Counted from the stretch's first letter, positions 38,521-50,787 are shown. The stretch: DNA of 55,041 nt from Prochlorococcaceae cyanobacterium (GCA_040399225.1 JBBASN010000001.1:1-55041), one strand, 5' to 3'. The notes: generated by a model from the letters alone, not told the origin. Program-made: numbers and translations.

Positions 38521-39552
38521 ATGGGTGAGCCATTGATCCAGATCCACGATCTGCGCAAGTCCTATGGCCGCGGAGAGGGCACTGTTCAGGCCCTCGACGG
38601 CGTCCAGCTGAGCGTGCCTGAAGGCTGCCTCTACGGCTTGCTTGGACCCAACGGGGCCGGCAAGACCACCACCCTGCGCATCCTCTGCACCCTGCTGGCC
38701 CCCGATGGCGGCAGCGTGCGGGTGGCGGGGGTCGATGCCTTGCAGGACCCTCGCCGCGTGCGGTCCCTGCTGGGCTACGTGGCCCAGGAGGTGGCCATCG
38801 ACAAGATTCTCACCGGCCGGGAGCTGCTCCAGCTCCAGGGGGATCTGTACCACCTCGATCGCGGCCTGCGGCAGCGCCGCAGCGCCGAGCTGATCGAGCT
38901 GCTGGGCATGGACGACTGGATCGATCGCCGCTGCGGTGGCTACTCCGGCGGCATGCGCCGCCGCCTCGACCTGGCCTGCGGCCTGTTGCACAGCCCCCGA
39001 CTGCTGGTGCTGGACGAGCCCACCGTGGGGCTGGACATCGAGAGCCGGGCGGCCATCTGGCGGGTGTTGCGCGAGCTGTGCGAGGCCGGCACCACCGTGC
39101 TGCTCAGCAGCCACTACCTCGAGGAGGTGGACGCCCTGGCCGACCGGCTGGCAATCATTGACGCCGGTCGGGTGATCGCCGAGGGCAGTCCCGATGCTCT
39201 CAAGAATGACCTCGGGGGCGACCGGGTGACCCTGAGGGTGCGCGAGTTCAGCGATGCCGAGGAGGCCCACCGGGTGCAGCGGCTCCTTCAGGACTGCCCG
39301 GGAGTGCGCCAGGTTGTGGTGAATCGGGCCCAGGGCTATTCCCTCAACCTGGTGGTGGAGGACGCCGGAGCGGTGGACCTGCTGCGCCGCCAGCTGGCCG
39401 GGGCCGACCTGCCGGTGTTTGCCCTCGCCCAGAGCCGCCCCAGCCTCGACGATGTGTATCTCCAGGCCACCGGCCGCACCTTGATGGATGCCGAACTGGC
39501 CGTGGCGGGCAGCCGCGACGCCAAGGCGGAGCGCAAGCAGAGCATGCGTTGA
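38521..39552 (+). CDS. ABC-2 (DrrA-like) exporter ATP-binding protein
   Basis: GPNGAGKTT, YSGGMRRRLDLA, LDEPT.GLD, SHYLEE. Confidence 0.94.
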   Translation: MGEPLIQIHDLRKSYGRGEGTVQALDGVQLSVPEGCLYGLLGPNGAGKTTTLRILCTLLAPDGGSVRVAGVDALQDPRRVRSLLGYVAQEVAIDKILTGRELLQLQGDLYHLDRGLRQRRSAELIELLGMDDWIDRRCGGYSGGMRRRLDLACGLLHSPRLLVLDEPTVGLDIESRAAIWRVLRELCEAGTTVLLSSHYLEEVDALADRLAIIDAGRVIAEGSPDALKNDLGGDRVTLRVREFSDAEEAHRVQRLLQDCPGVRQVVVNRAQGYSLNLVVEDAGAVDLLRRQLAGADLPVFALAQSRPSLDDVYLQATGRTLMDAELAVAGSRDAKAERKQSMR

Positions 39553-39645
39553 CGCCCGCGCGCCGGCCTGCCCCTTGGTTGCGGTCCGCCCATTCCTCTG
39601 GTCTGCCCGCTCTGTTGCCCTGTCTGCCTTCCACCCCCTGCCGTC

Positions 39646-40467
39646 ATGACATCCGCGTCTGCCGCCGCTGAAATCAGCCAGGAAACCCTGGCCCTCACCC
39701 GGCGCCTGTTCGTACAACTGCAGCGCCGCCCCTCCACCCTGGTGGCCGGTGTGCTGCAGCCCCTCATCTGGCTGGTGCTGTTCGGTGCCCTGTTCGCCAA
39801 TGCTCCGGTAGGCATGTTGCCCGGCGGTATGAGCTACGGCCGTTTCCTCGGTGCCGGCGTGATCGTGTTCACCGCCTTCAGCGGCGCCCTCAACGCCGGC
39901 CTGCCGGTGATGTTCGACCGGGAATTCGGCTTTCTCAACCGCCTGCTGGTGGCGCCGCTGCGCTCGCGCAGCTCGATCGTGCTGGCCTCGGTGCTTTACA
40001 TCACCGCCATCAGCTTGATCCAGAGCCTGGCGATCATGGTCACCGCCGCCCTGCTGGGCTATGGCTGGCCCGGGGGGGCTGGCCTGCTGGTGGTGCTGGG
40101 CACCCTGCTGCTGCTGGTGTTCGCGGTCACTGCCCTGAGCCTGGGCCTGGCCTTCGCCCTGCCGGGCCACATCGAGCTGATCGCTGTGATCTTCGTGGCC
40201 AACCTGCCGCTGCTCTTCGCCAGCACGGCCCTGGCCCCCCTCTCCTTCATGCCCACCTGGCTGGGCTGGCTGGCGGCCCTCAATCCGCTCACGTTTGCCA
40301 TCGAGCCGATCCGCGCGGCCTATGCAGGCCAGCTCTCCTTCAGTGCCGTCGTGCTGGAGGCCCCCTATGGAGAGCTCAGTGCCGGTGTCTGCCTGCTGGT
40401 GCTGGCGGGGCTGGCCGCAGGGCTGTTCCTGCTGATCCGCCCCCTGCTCAACCGCAAACTGAGCTGA
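39646..40467 (+). CDS. ABC-2 exporter permease
   Basis: DREFGFLNRLLVAP, W.AALNPLT; six TMs. Confidence 0.93.
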   Translation: MTSASAAAEISQETLALTRRLFVQLQRRPSTLVAGVLQPLIWLVLFGALFANAPVGMLPGGMSYGRFLGAGVIVFTAFSGALNAGLPVMFDREFGFLNRLLVAPLRSRSSIVLASVLYITAISLIQSLAIMVTAALLGYGWPGGAGLLVVLGTLLLLVFAVTALSLGLAFALPGHIELIAVIFVANLPLLFASTALAPLSFMPTWLGWLAALNPLTFAIEPIRAAYAGQLSFSAVVLEAPYGELSAGVCLLVLAGLAAGLFLLIRPLLNRKLS

Positions 40468-40549
40468 ACCCCACGTCTCGGCCCTCACCCTCCAGGCCAG
40501 AACATTCCCGATTCAGCGCTCCTGTTCCTTCTGCCACTGCGTACCAGCC

Positions 40550-41227
40550 ATGTCCCAGATCTTCCCCAGGGGCCTGATCGTGTCTGTGCAGGCCCCTGAG
40601 GCATCTCCCCTGCGCGATCCCGGGGTGATCGCCGCGATGGCGGAGGCCAGCCTGCGCAACGGTGCCAGTGGCGTGCGGCTGGAGAGCCCGGAGCACATCG
40701 GTGCGGTGCGCCGCCGCTGCCCGGAGGCCCTGATCGTGGGCCTGTGGAAGCGCAGTTTTGCCGACAGTCCTGTGTACATCACCCCGGGTTGGGAGGAGAT
40801 CCGCGCCGTTTGGGCAGCCGGTGCCGACGTGGTGGCCCTCGATGCCACCGAGCGGCTGCGGCCGGGTGGGGCCGACCTGGGGGCGCTGATCGCCCGCGCC
40901 CGCAAGGAGCTGGGGGCCGTGCTGATGGCGGATGTGGACAGCCTGGCCAATGGGTTGCGGGCGGCCGAGCTGGGCTGCAGCTGGGTGGGCACCACGCTCT
41001 ATGGCTACACCGAGGCCACGGCCCATGAGAAGCCGCCTGGATGGCAGTTGCTGGAGGCGCTGCGCCGGGACCTGCCACCCGGGGTGGCCCTGATCTGCGA
41101 GGGCGGTGTGGCCTCGGCCGAGCAGGCCCGCCAGGCACTGGAGAAGGGCGCTGATGCCGTTGTGGTGGGCACGGCGATCACCGGCATCGACCTGCAGGTG
41201 GCCGCCTATTGCCAGGCCCTGGCCTGA
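40550..41227 (+). CDS. nanE: N-acetylmannosamine-6-phosphate 2-epimerase
   Basis: LIVSVQA...SPL, GL.K, VYITP, MAD, GTTL.GYT, EGG, VVGTAIT. Confidence 0.92.
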   Translation: MSQIFPRGLIVSVQAPEASPLRDPGVIAAMAEASLRNGASGVRLESPEHIGAVRRRCPEALIVGLWKRSFADSPVYITPGWEEIRAVWAAGADVVALDATERLRPGGADLGALIARARKELGAVLMADVDSLANGLRAAELGCSWVGTTLYGYTEATAHEKPPGWQLLEALRRDLPPGVALICEGGVASAEQARQALEKGADAVVVGTAITGIDLQVAAYCQALA

Positions 41228-41336
41228 GTCGGCCGACGGTCCGGCCAGCGGCAGCGAAAATTTTTCAGAAGCCAGGCGGGTACCAGTTCAGGGAGCGCAC
41301 ACAGTGGTAGGTGTGTTGTGCTGGCAGGGAGGACCC

Positions 41337-41531
41337 ATGGAACGCACCCGGTTGTGGGCAGGCCCAGGGATGGTGTTGATGAGCACCATGCTGCTGGGGA
41401 TGCCTCTCTCCAGTTTTCACCTGGGTCAGATCCAGGCGCTGAACCGGGAGTTGGGGCGCCTGTGCGGCAACCCCCCCCGGGAGGCCCTCAGTGTCTGCCG
41501 TATCCACGCTGCCCTCGTGCGCTCCCTCTGA
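41337..41531 (+). CDS. Small hypothetical protein with a Cys pair
   Basis: GGAGG RBS 4 nt before ATG; hydrophobic N-region, then LC..PP.EAL.VC. Confidence 0.55.
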   Translation: MERTRLWAGPGMVLMSTMLLGMPLSSFHLGQIQALNRELGRLCGNPPREALSVCRIHAALVRSL

Positions 41532-41584
41532 AGGGGGCATCCCGAGAGGGACCTGCGCAGCTGGCGCTGTCCCCCAGGCCAGGG

Positions 41585-43616
<2,032 letters not shown>

Positions 43617-43634
43617 GTTGAGCCAGTGGCCTGT

Positions 43635-44387
43635 TCAGCGCATCACCATGCCGCCATCCACTTGCAGCACCTGGCCGGTCATGTAGGCGGCGGCGGGGTC
43701 GGCGGCCAGGAAGCGCACGGCGCTGGCCACTTCCGCGGGTTGCCCCATGCGGCCCAGGGGGATGACCTTGAGGATCGGCTCCTTATCGAGCTCAGCGGTC
43801 ATGTCGCTGTCGATGAAACCGGGCGCCACGGCGTTCACCGTGACACCGCGGCTGGCGAACTCGGCGGCGCTGCTGCGGGTGAGACCGATCACGCCGGCCT
43901 TGGCGGCGCTGTAGTTGGCCTGGCCGGGATTGCCCATCAGGCCCACCACCGAGGTGATGTTGACGATCCGGCCGCTGCGGGCCTTGAGCATCGCGCGGCT
44001 CACGGCGCGGGTGCAGAGGAACACGCCGGTGAGGTTGAGGTCGATCACGCTCTGCCAGTCGGCGCTCTTCATGCGCATCAGCAGGCCGTCGCGGGTGATG
44101 CCGGCGTTGTTCACCAACACATCGAGGCGGCCCTCCTTCTCCAGAACAGCCTTCACCATCGCCTCCACCTGCTCCTCGTCGGCCACGTTGGCTTGGTGGG
44201 CCCAGGCCTGGCCGCCAGCTGCCTGGATCGCCGCCACCACGGCCTGGGCGGCGTCCGGGGAGCTGGCGTAGTTCACCACCACCGTGGCGCCGGCGCGGGC
44301 GAGTTCGGCGGCGATGGCCGCGCCGATGCCCCGGCTGGCCCCGGTGACGAGGGCGACCTGGCCGGCGAGGGGGGTGGCTGGGGGCAT
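43635..44387 (-). CDS. fabG: 3-oxoacyl-ACP reductase
   Basis: [37 protein letters not shown]. Confidence 0.96.
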   Translation of the reverse strand: MPPATPLAGQVALVTGASRGIGAAIAAELARAGATVVVNYASSPDAAQAVVAAIQAAGGQAWAHQANVADEEQVEAMVKAVLEKEGRLDVLVNNAGITRDGLLMRMKSADWQSVIDLNLTGVFLCTRAVSRAMLKARSGRIVNITSVVGLMGNPGQANYSAAKAGVIGLTRSSAAEFASRGVTVNAVAPGFIDSDMTAELDKEPILKVIPLGRMGQPAEVASAVRFLAADPAAAYMTGQVLQVDGGMVMR

Positions 44388-44429
44388 CGATGCAGGAAGG
44401 GGGGGTGTGATCGTATGGCCCGCCCAGCA

Positions 44430-45263
44430 TCACCCCAGCCCGAGGGCCTGCAGCACGGCGTCGCTGTCCAGGCCGGCCAGCTGATCGGGCCTGCCCACGC
44501 CCCGCACACCCTCCCGGCTGGGCAGTTCCGAGGCGCTGCGGCCCAGGGCCACCAGCGGCAGGCCGAGCATCAGGGCCAACTCGATGGAGCTGGCCTCGCT
44601 GGCCAGCACCACATCGGCCGAGGCCAGCCGGGCGGCCCGGGCCCGGGCGGGACCCCCGCCCGCCGCCAGGGTGCGCAGGCCAGGCAGGCGCTGGCGGATG
44701 CGCTCGGGCAGGGCCTGCCACTGGTTGGCTGGCCAGTCGGCCGGGTCGCCGGCCGGCGCGAGCAGCAGCAGGGGGCCGTCGCCGCCGGGCAGCTCGGCGG
44801 CGGCGGCATCCAGGTCGGCCCTGGCCAGGCTGAGGCGGAAGGCGTCGGCATCGAGCCGTACGCCGATCGGCCGCAGAAAAGCCTCCCAGGCCTGCGCTTC
44901 CCAGACCCCTTGCGCCGGCTGCACGGTGTCGGTGGCGGAGAAGCCGCCGGCGGCCACCCGGGTGGGGATATGGCTCATCGACAGCATCAGGTCCACCTGG
45001 CGGCCGCTGGCGCAATTGATGCAGAGCTGGAAGTCGGGCTCGCGCACCGAGCCCAGCAGGTTGGCCCAGTCGGCCAGGGTGGCGGCCTCAAAGGGGAAGG
45101 GGATGGTCCGCACGCCGGCTGGGTGCAGGCCCCAGAGTGCCATGACAGCCGGAGGGCAGACCACCTGCACCTCCGCTCCCAGCTGGTCGGCCACGGCAGC
45201 CACGGCGGCGAAGGCCTGGAGCTGGCGGCTGCTCTCGCCCGGAATCAGGAACAGGGCGCGCAT
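44430..45263 (-). CDS. GT9-like (heptosyltransferase-like) glycosyltransferase, degenerate
   Basis: [19 protein letters not shown]...W..L pattern. Confidence 0.7.
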   Translation of the reverse strand: MRALFLIPGESSRQLQAFAAVAAVADQLGAEVQVVCPPAVMALWGLHPAGVRTIPFPFEAATLADWANLLGSVREPDFQLCINCASGRQVDLMLSMSHIPTRVAAGGFSATDTVQPAQGVWEAQAWEAFLRPIGVRLDADAFRLSLARADLDAAAAELPGGDGPLLLLAPAGDPADWPANQWQALPERIRQRLPGLRTLAAGGGPARARAARLASADVVLASEASSIELALMLGLPLVALGRSASELPSREGVRGVGRPDQLAGLDSDAVLQALGLG

Positions 45264-45334
45264 CGCAAGGGATCGGGCTCGGCGGGCTGATTGTATGGAG
45301 CTTGTTCCAACGCGCCCGCAGCGCGGCCCTGTTT

Positions 45335-46015
45335 GTGCATCTGCTGATCGCCGCCGCCGGCAGCGGCCGCCGCATGGGCGCTGCCGGCAACAAGCTGCTG
45401 CTGGAGGTGGCCGGACGGCCTGTGCTGGCCTGGACCCTGGAGGCGGCCCTGGCCTGTGAAGCGATCCGGTGGATCGGCATTGTGGGCCAGTCGGTGGACG
45501 CCGAGCCGATCGCCGCCCTGGTGGCCGCGGCGGCGCCCGCCAAGCCCGTGCGCTGGATCCTGGGCGGTGACACCCGCCAGGAGTCGGTGAGTCGGGGCCT
45601 GGCCGCCCTGCCCGCCGATGCGGCCGGCGTGTTGATCCACGACGGCGCCCGCTGCCTGGTGGATCCGGCCCTGCTCAGCCGCTGCGCCGAGGCCGTGCTG
45701 GCCGGCCGGGCCGTGATCGCGGCCGCCCCCGTGACCGACACCATCAAGCAGGTGGACGGCGCGGGCACGATCACCGCCACCCCGGACCGCAGCGCGCTCT
45801 GGGCCGCCCAGACCCCCCAGGGGTTCCCGGTGGAGCGGCTGCGCCAGGCCCACGCCACCGCCAGCGCCGAGGGCTGGAGTGTCACCGACGATGCGGCCCT
45901 GTTCGAGCGGCTGGCCTGGCCGGTGCAGGTGCTGGAAGCACCGCCCTCCAACATCAAGCTCACCACTCCCTTCGACCTCACCATCGCAGCGGCGGTGCTG
46001 GCGGCCCGCAGCTGA
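45335..46015 (+). CDS. ispD: 2-C-methyl-D-erythritol 4-phosphate cytidylyltransferase
   Basis: [42 protein letters not shown]. Confidence 0.96.
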   Translation: MHLLIAAAGSGRRMGAAGNKLLLEVAGRPVLAWTLEAALACEAIRWIGIVGQSVDAEPIAALVAAAAPAKPVRWILGGDTRQESVSRGLAALPADAAGVLIHDGARCLVDPALLSRCAEAVLAGRAVIAAAPVTDTIKQVDGAGTITATPDRSALWAAQTPQGFPVERLRQAHATASAEGWSVTDDAALFERLAWPVQVLEAPPSNIKLTTPFDLTIAAAVLAARS

Positions 46016-46028
46016 GACCCCGCCGGAT

Positions 46029-47006
46029 TCAGTGGATGCCGGGCGGCCAGGCCACCAGCTCCAGCCGGCCCGCGTCCGCGTCCAGCCGGGCCCTGGCACC
46101 CAGGGGCAGGGCGGCATTGCCGCAGCGGTGTCCGAGGGGCAGGCCGGCCAGCACGGGGATGTCCAGATCCAGCGTGCGCTCCCGCAGCACCTGGTTCAGG
46201 CGGCGGTGGGCGGCACCAGCTGCAGGGGCCTGAGGGGATTCCCGGCCGACGTCTGCATCCTCATCATCGTCGTTGTTGTCCTCGTCGTCGCAGTCGCTGA
46301 AGGCACCGAAGGCGATGGCTGCCAGCTGGCCCAGGGCGCCGCTCAGACGCCAGTGGGTGAGCATGCGATCGATGCGGTAGGGCGCTTCGCCCACGTCCTC
46401 CAGCACCAGGATCGCCCCAGTGAGGGCGGGCAGGTGGGCCGTGCCCAGCAGGTGGGTGGCCACGGTGAGATTGGCCACCAGCAGCGGCCCCTCGGCAACC
46501 CCTCCCCGCCAGCACTCCCCCTCCAGGGCTGCTGGCATCTCGCCGAACAGCAGCTGGCGCAGGCGCTCCTGGCTCCAGGCCGGCTCGGCCGCCAGGGTGG
46601 TGAGCAGGGGGCCGTGCAGGCCGCCGCCATGGCCCTGGGCCAGCTGGGCCCAGAGCAGGGAGGTCACGTCGCTGAAGCCCAGCAGCCAGCGGGGCGGCAG
46701 GGCCAGGGGACGCTCCAGCAGCCGGGCCGACCCCCAGCCGCCGCGCACGCAGGCGATCAGGGCGGCCCCATCCCGGTCGGCCCCCAGCAGATCGCCCCGC
46801 CGCTCCTCATCGCGCCCGGCCAGGTAGCCCCAGCTGCGGTCGTGGATCGGGCGGCTGTCCAGCTCCAGCCCCCAGCGCTCCAGCACGGCCCGGCCCGCCT
46901 CCAGCCTGGCGACGGCACCTGGGTCGTCGAGTGCGGAGCTGGCGGCGGCCAGGCGCACCCGGTCGCCGGCCTGCAGCGGCTGGGGCCAGGCGAGCGGACT
47001 GCTCAT
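46029..47006 (-). CDS. ldcA: LD-carboxypeptidase (S66)
   Basis: YLAG.DEER, RGGWG, GFSD.T (Ser), LED.GE.PYR.DRML (Glu), GH (His). Confidence 0.92.
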   Translation of the reverse strand: MSSPLAWPQPLQAGDRVRLAAASSALDDPGAVARLEAGRAVLERWGLELDSRPIHDRSWGYLAGRDEERRGDLLGADRDGAALIACVRGGWGSARLLERPLALPPRWLLGFSDVTSLLWAQLAQGHGGGLHGPLLTTLAAEPAWSQERLRQLLFGEMPAALEGECWRGGVAEGPLLVANLTVATHLLGTAHLPALTGAILVLEDVGEAPYRIDRMLTHWRLSGALGQLAAIAFGAFSDCDDEDNNDDDEDADVGRESPQAPAAGAAHRRLNQVLRERTLDLDIPVLAGLPLGHRCGNAALPLGARARLDADAGRLELVAWPPGIH

Positions 47007-47923
47007 GGCCAGCGCCCCAGCACCAGGGCCAGCAGCAGCAGGCCGCCCAGCTGCACCTGGCGGCTGAAGTGGCGCCCGTAGTTGCCGGGGGAAGCCTGCC
47101 GGCTGCGCTCCAGTCCGTGCAGCAGCCAGCCCTGGCGCACCATGGCGGTCGCCGCCACCAGCCCCAGCAGCCAGCCCAGGGGCTGGAGGCCGCGCAGGGC
47201 GGCGGCCAGGGCCAGGCAGGCTGCCGTGCCGGCGTAACAGAGGGTCACCACCAGCGGCGCCCGCGGGCCCAGGCTGAGGGCGCTGCTGCGCACGCCGATG
47301 CGGCGGTCGTCGTCGCGGTCGGCCATCGCATACACCGTGTCGAAGCCGAAGGTCCAGAGCACGGTGGCCAGCCAGGTGAGCAGCAGGGGCCAGCCGCCGG
47401 CCAGGTTGCCCGTGGCGGCTGCCCAGGGAATCAGCACGGCGAAGCCCCAGCACAGGGCCAGCACCAGCTGGGGGTAGCCGAACCAGCGCTTGGCGGAGGG
47501 GTAGAGCAGCACCAGGGGCAGGCAGGCCAGGGCCAGCAGCAGGCAGAGCCCCCGCTGCGCTGCCGGCAGGCCGATCAGCACCACCGCCAGGGCGGCCAGC
47601 AGGCAGAGCAGCAGCAGGGCCAGGGCCTCTGTCACCCCCAGCCGACCGCTGGCCAGCGGCCGGCCGCTGGTGCGCTCCACCTGGGGGTCGATGCGCCGGT
47701 CCCAGAGGTCGTTGGCGATGCAGCCGGCCGCGCTCACCGCCAGGCCGCCCAGCACGATCCAGCCCACCAGGGCCAGGGGCGGCGGGCTCTGGGGCAACAG
47801 CCACAGGCTCCAGCCGGCCGGAATCAGCAGGATCAGCCGGCCGGAGGGTTTGTGCCAGCGCACCAGCTCCAGCCAGGCGCGCCAGCGGGCCGGTTGCGCT
47901 GCCCTGCGTGCTGTGCCCTGCAT
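47003..47923 (-). CDS. ubiA: 4-hydroxybenzoate polyprenyltransferase (plastoquinone pathway)
   Basis: RW.KP.G, GC.AND.WDR..D..VERT..RPLASG, FDTVYAMAD..DD. Confidence 0.93.
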   Translation of the reverse strand: MQGTARRAAQPARWRAWLELVRWHKPSGRLILLIPAGWSLWLLPQSPPPLALVGWIVLGGLAVSAAGCIANDLWDRRIDPQVERTSGRPLASGRLGVTEALALLLLCLLAALAVVLIGLPAAQRGLCLLLALACLPLVLLYPSAKRWFGYPQLVLALCWGFAVLIPWAAATGNLAGGWPLLLTWLATVLWTFGFDTVYAMADRDDDRRIGVRSSALSLGPRAPLVVTLCYAGTAACLALAAALRGLQPLGWLLGLVAATAMVRQGWLLHGLERSRQASPGNYGRHFSRQVQLGGLLLLALVLGRWP

Positions 47924-48000
47924 CGCTGCATCCCGTTGCGGCCCAGGCTAGGGGGCGCCAGGGGTGGCAAAGTGGCGCCGCCAGGCTCACCGCCGTTCCC

Positions 48001-49638
48001 ATGGCCCAGGCCCCCACTCCCCTGCAGGCCGGCCGGCGGCGGGTGGCGGCCATCGACATCGGCACCAACTCGATCCACCTGCTGATCGCTGAGGTGGACG
48101 AGCAGCTGCGCAGTTTTGGCGTGCTCCTGGCTGAGAAGGCCACCACCCGGCTCGGGGAGCGCGACCCGGTGAGCGGCGACCTCAGCGCCGAGGCCATGGA
48201 ACGGGCCTTCCGCACCCTCCGCCACGACTGCCAGCTGGCGGAGAGCCACAGTGTGGAGCAGATCGTGACCGCCGCCACCAGCGCCGTGCGCGAGGCGCCC
48301 AACGGCGGCCAGTTTCTGCAGACCCTCCAGGAGCAGCTCGGCCTGGAGGTGGATCTGGTGAGCGGGCCGGAGGAGGCCCGGCTGATCTATCTGGGGGTGC
48401 TCTCGGGCATGGCCTTCGGCGAGCGCCCCCACGCCATCATCGACATCGGTGGTGGCTCCACCGAGCTCGTGCTGGCCGATGGCTCCGACGCCCGGGTGCT
48501 CACCAGCACCCGCATCGGCGCCGTGCGCCTGCAGCGGGAGTTTTGCCAGCCCGATCCCCTGCCGCCCGAGCGCCGCGGGTTCCTGCAGGCCTATATCCAG
48601 GGGGCCATGGATCCGGCCGTGGCCGAGTTGAAAAAGGCCCTGAGAGCTGGAGAAACGATCCAGCTGGTGGGCACAAGCGGCACGGCCATGGCCCTGGCCG
48701 CCCTGGCTGCGGCGGAGGATCCCACCCCGCCGCTGAAGCTGCAGGGCTACCGCCTCAGCAAGGAGCGGATCGACCAGCTGGTGGCGCGGTTGTTGCTGAT
48801 GACCCCGGAGCAGCGCCGCGGCCTGACGGCGATCAACGAGCGCCGCGCCGAGATCATCGTGCCAGGTGCCCTGATCCTGCAGACCACCATGGCCATGCTC
48901 GGCGCCCGCGATCTGCTGGTGTGCGACCGGGCCCTGCGCGAGGGGCTGATCGTGGACTGGATGCTGCGCAACCAGCTGCTCGGTGACCGCTTCTCCTTTC
49001 AGAGCTCGATCCGCGAGCGCACCGTGCTGCACCTGGCCCGCCAGTTCGGCGTGGATCTGGAGCGGGCGGACCGGGTGGCCGGCCATGCCCTCAGCCTCTA
49101 CGACCAGACCCGGGGGGTGCTCCACGACGACGACGGTGAGGGACGCCAGCTGCTCTGGGCCGCGGCCCAGCTGCACACCTGTGGCAAGAGCATCAACATC
49201 TCGGCCTATCACAAACACACCTGGTACCTGATCCGCAACGGCGAACTGCTCGGCTATTCCCAGACCGAGCATCTGATGGTGGCGGCCATCGCCCGTTATC
49301 ACCGCCGCAGCCTGCCCAAGAAGCGGCACGAGTCGTGGCAGCTGATCACCGGCCGCGAGCAGCGCCGTTGTGTGGCCGGCATGGCCCTGCTCCTGCGCCT
49401 GGCCGCCGCCCTCGACCGCCGCCCCGCCGCCGTGATCGAGGCCATCCGCGTGCGGCCGGGGGATGGCGCTGACGCCCAGGTGCTGGAACTGGAGCTGCAG
49501 CCCCGCCTGCCGGCGAGCGGGGAGCCTGCTCCGGATCTGAGCCTGGAGCGCTGGAGCCTGCGTGCCTGCGCCGAGGTGGTGCTGGAGGCCAGCGGCGTGG
49601 AACTCAGGGTGCGGGAGCCGGCTGCGCTGCTGGGCTGA
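48001..49638 (+). CDS. ppx: Ppx/GppA exopolyphosphatase
   Basis: AAIDIGTNS, ATSAVREA.N, EEARL, DIGGGSTE, LREG, C-terminal HD-like region. Confidence 0.95.
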   Translation: MAQAPTPLQAGRRRVAAIDIGTNSIHLLIAEVDEQLRSFGVLLAEKATTRLGERDPVSGDLSAEAMERAFRTLRHDCQLAESHSVEQIVTAATSAVREAPNGGQFLQTLQEQLGLEVDLVSGPEEARLIYLGVLSGMAFGERPHAIIDIGGGSTELVLADGSDARVLTSTRIGAVRLQREFCQPDPLPPERRGFLQAYIQGAMDPAVAELKKALRAGETIQLVGTSGTAMALAALAAAEDPTPPLKLQGYRLSKERIDQLVARLLLMTPEQRRGLTAINERRAEIIVPGALILQTTMAMLGARDLLVCDRALREGLIVDWMLRNQLLGDRFSFQSSIRERTVLHLARQFGVDLERADRVAGHALSLYDQTRGVLHDDDGEGRQLLWAAAQLHTCGKSINISAYHKHTWYLIRNGELLGYSQTEHLMVAAIARYHRRSLPKKRHESWQLITGREQRRCVAGMALLLRLAAALDRRPAAVIEAIRVRPGDGADAQVLELELQPRLPASGEPAPDLSLERWSLRACAEVVLEASGVELRVREPAALLG

Positions 49639-50383
49639 GATCCGGGCTGAAGCGGTACCAGGTCACGGCTTCGATCGGGCCGAGCGGCCTGGCCGGAGCT
49701 CCTCCGCTGGATGCGCTCACCAGATCAGGGCGACCGGCCAGCACCCGCAGCTCGCCGCTGAGGGGGAAGCGCTGCTCGCCCTCCAGGGTGCCCCGCAGGA
49801 GCACCTCGCCGCTGGCGGAGCGCACCTCCACCCAGCTGGGTTCGGCGCTGCGCAGCACCAGCTCGGCCTGGGGCTGCTCCGTCCGGCTGGGCTGTTCGGA
49901 GGCGGCGGGAGGCTGGAGCGGGGGGCTGGGCCGGCCGCCGCTGAGGCTGCGCTGCAAACCCCAGGCCAGCCCCGCGGCGGCGACCAGGGCTGCACCAAGG
50001 CCGAGCAGCCGGAGCGGTGGCCGCGAGGGGGTGGAGACCGGAGGTGCATCGGCCTGCACGGCGGGGCGCCGGGGCTGAGGGGCAGATGGAGCGGGACCGG
50101 GCTGGGGCGGGCGGGCCTGGAAGGCCTGATTGGCGCGCAGGGCGGCGATGTCGTCGTCGATGTTCACGCCAAGGCTTGCCGCCACCCGGCGGGCCTGGGC
50201 CACCACGAACACGGCCTCGGGCAGCTCCTCCCGGTTCCCCTCCTCCAGGGCCCGCAGTTGCTCAGGGCCCATGTGCAGGCGTTCGGCCTGCTGATCCAGA
50301 CTGATGCCCTGGGCCTGGCGGGCCTGCGCCAGGCGCTGGCCAAGGCGTTGCAACTGGGGAATCAGCTCGGCGCTCACGGGCAC
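49604..50383 (-). CDS. RodZ-like HTH/TM/DUF4115 protein
   Basis: G..L..AR..QG.S...A..L.....L.ALEEG, one TM, SWVEVR...G..L..G.L; GRPDLV. Confidence 0.82.
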   Translation of the reverse strand: MPVSAELIPQLQRLGQRLAQARQAQGISLDQQAERLHMGPEQLRALEEGNREELPEAVFVVAQARRVAASLGVNIDDDIAALRANQAFQARPPQPGPAPSAPQPRRPAVQADAPPVSTPSRPPLRLLGLGAALVAAAGLAWGLQRSLSGGRPSPPLQPPAASEQPSRTEQPQAELVLRSAEPSWVEVRSASGEVLLRGTLEGEQRFPLSGELRVLAGRPDLVSASSGGAPARPLGPIEAVTWYRFSPDLSPAAQPAPAP

Positions 50384-50715
50384 GACTCAGACAAGTGGCA
50401 CGGAAGGTGCGTTGTGCCGGCATTGTGCCCCTGTCCCGCAACGGTCGCAGGAATTCCTGCGCAACACAACAGTTGCGCAACATCGCCCTCGCACCGCCAG
50501 CGATGGCGACGTTTCCGGGGGGCCTGTCAATCTGCGCAACCTGCCAAGCCCCAGGTCCCAGGCCTGAGCCGTCTATTGGCTCAACCGGAACAGCCTCTGG
50601 ATCAATGAGAACAGCCAATGGAGCAATGGTCCAATGACGGCTTAGCTGGATCGGATTACTTCAATCAGGCTGTTTGGACTGGCTCAATCAAGCCAGCTAT
50701 ACCTGATTCAATCAA

Positions 50716-50787
<72 letters not shown>

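Noticed and set aside
46029-48302. 757-aa ORF suggesting an extended or fused LD-carboxypeptidase
   Set aside because: The upstream part overlaps ubiA and ppx in other frames; the real start at 47006 overlaps the ubiA stop (ATGA)
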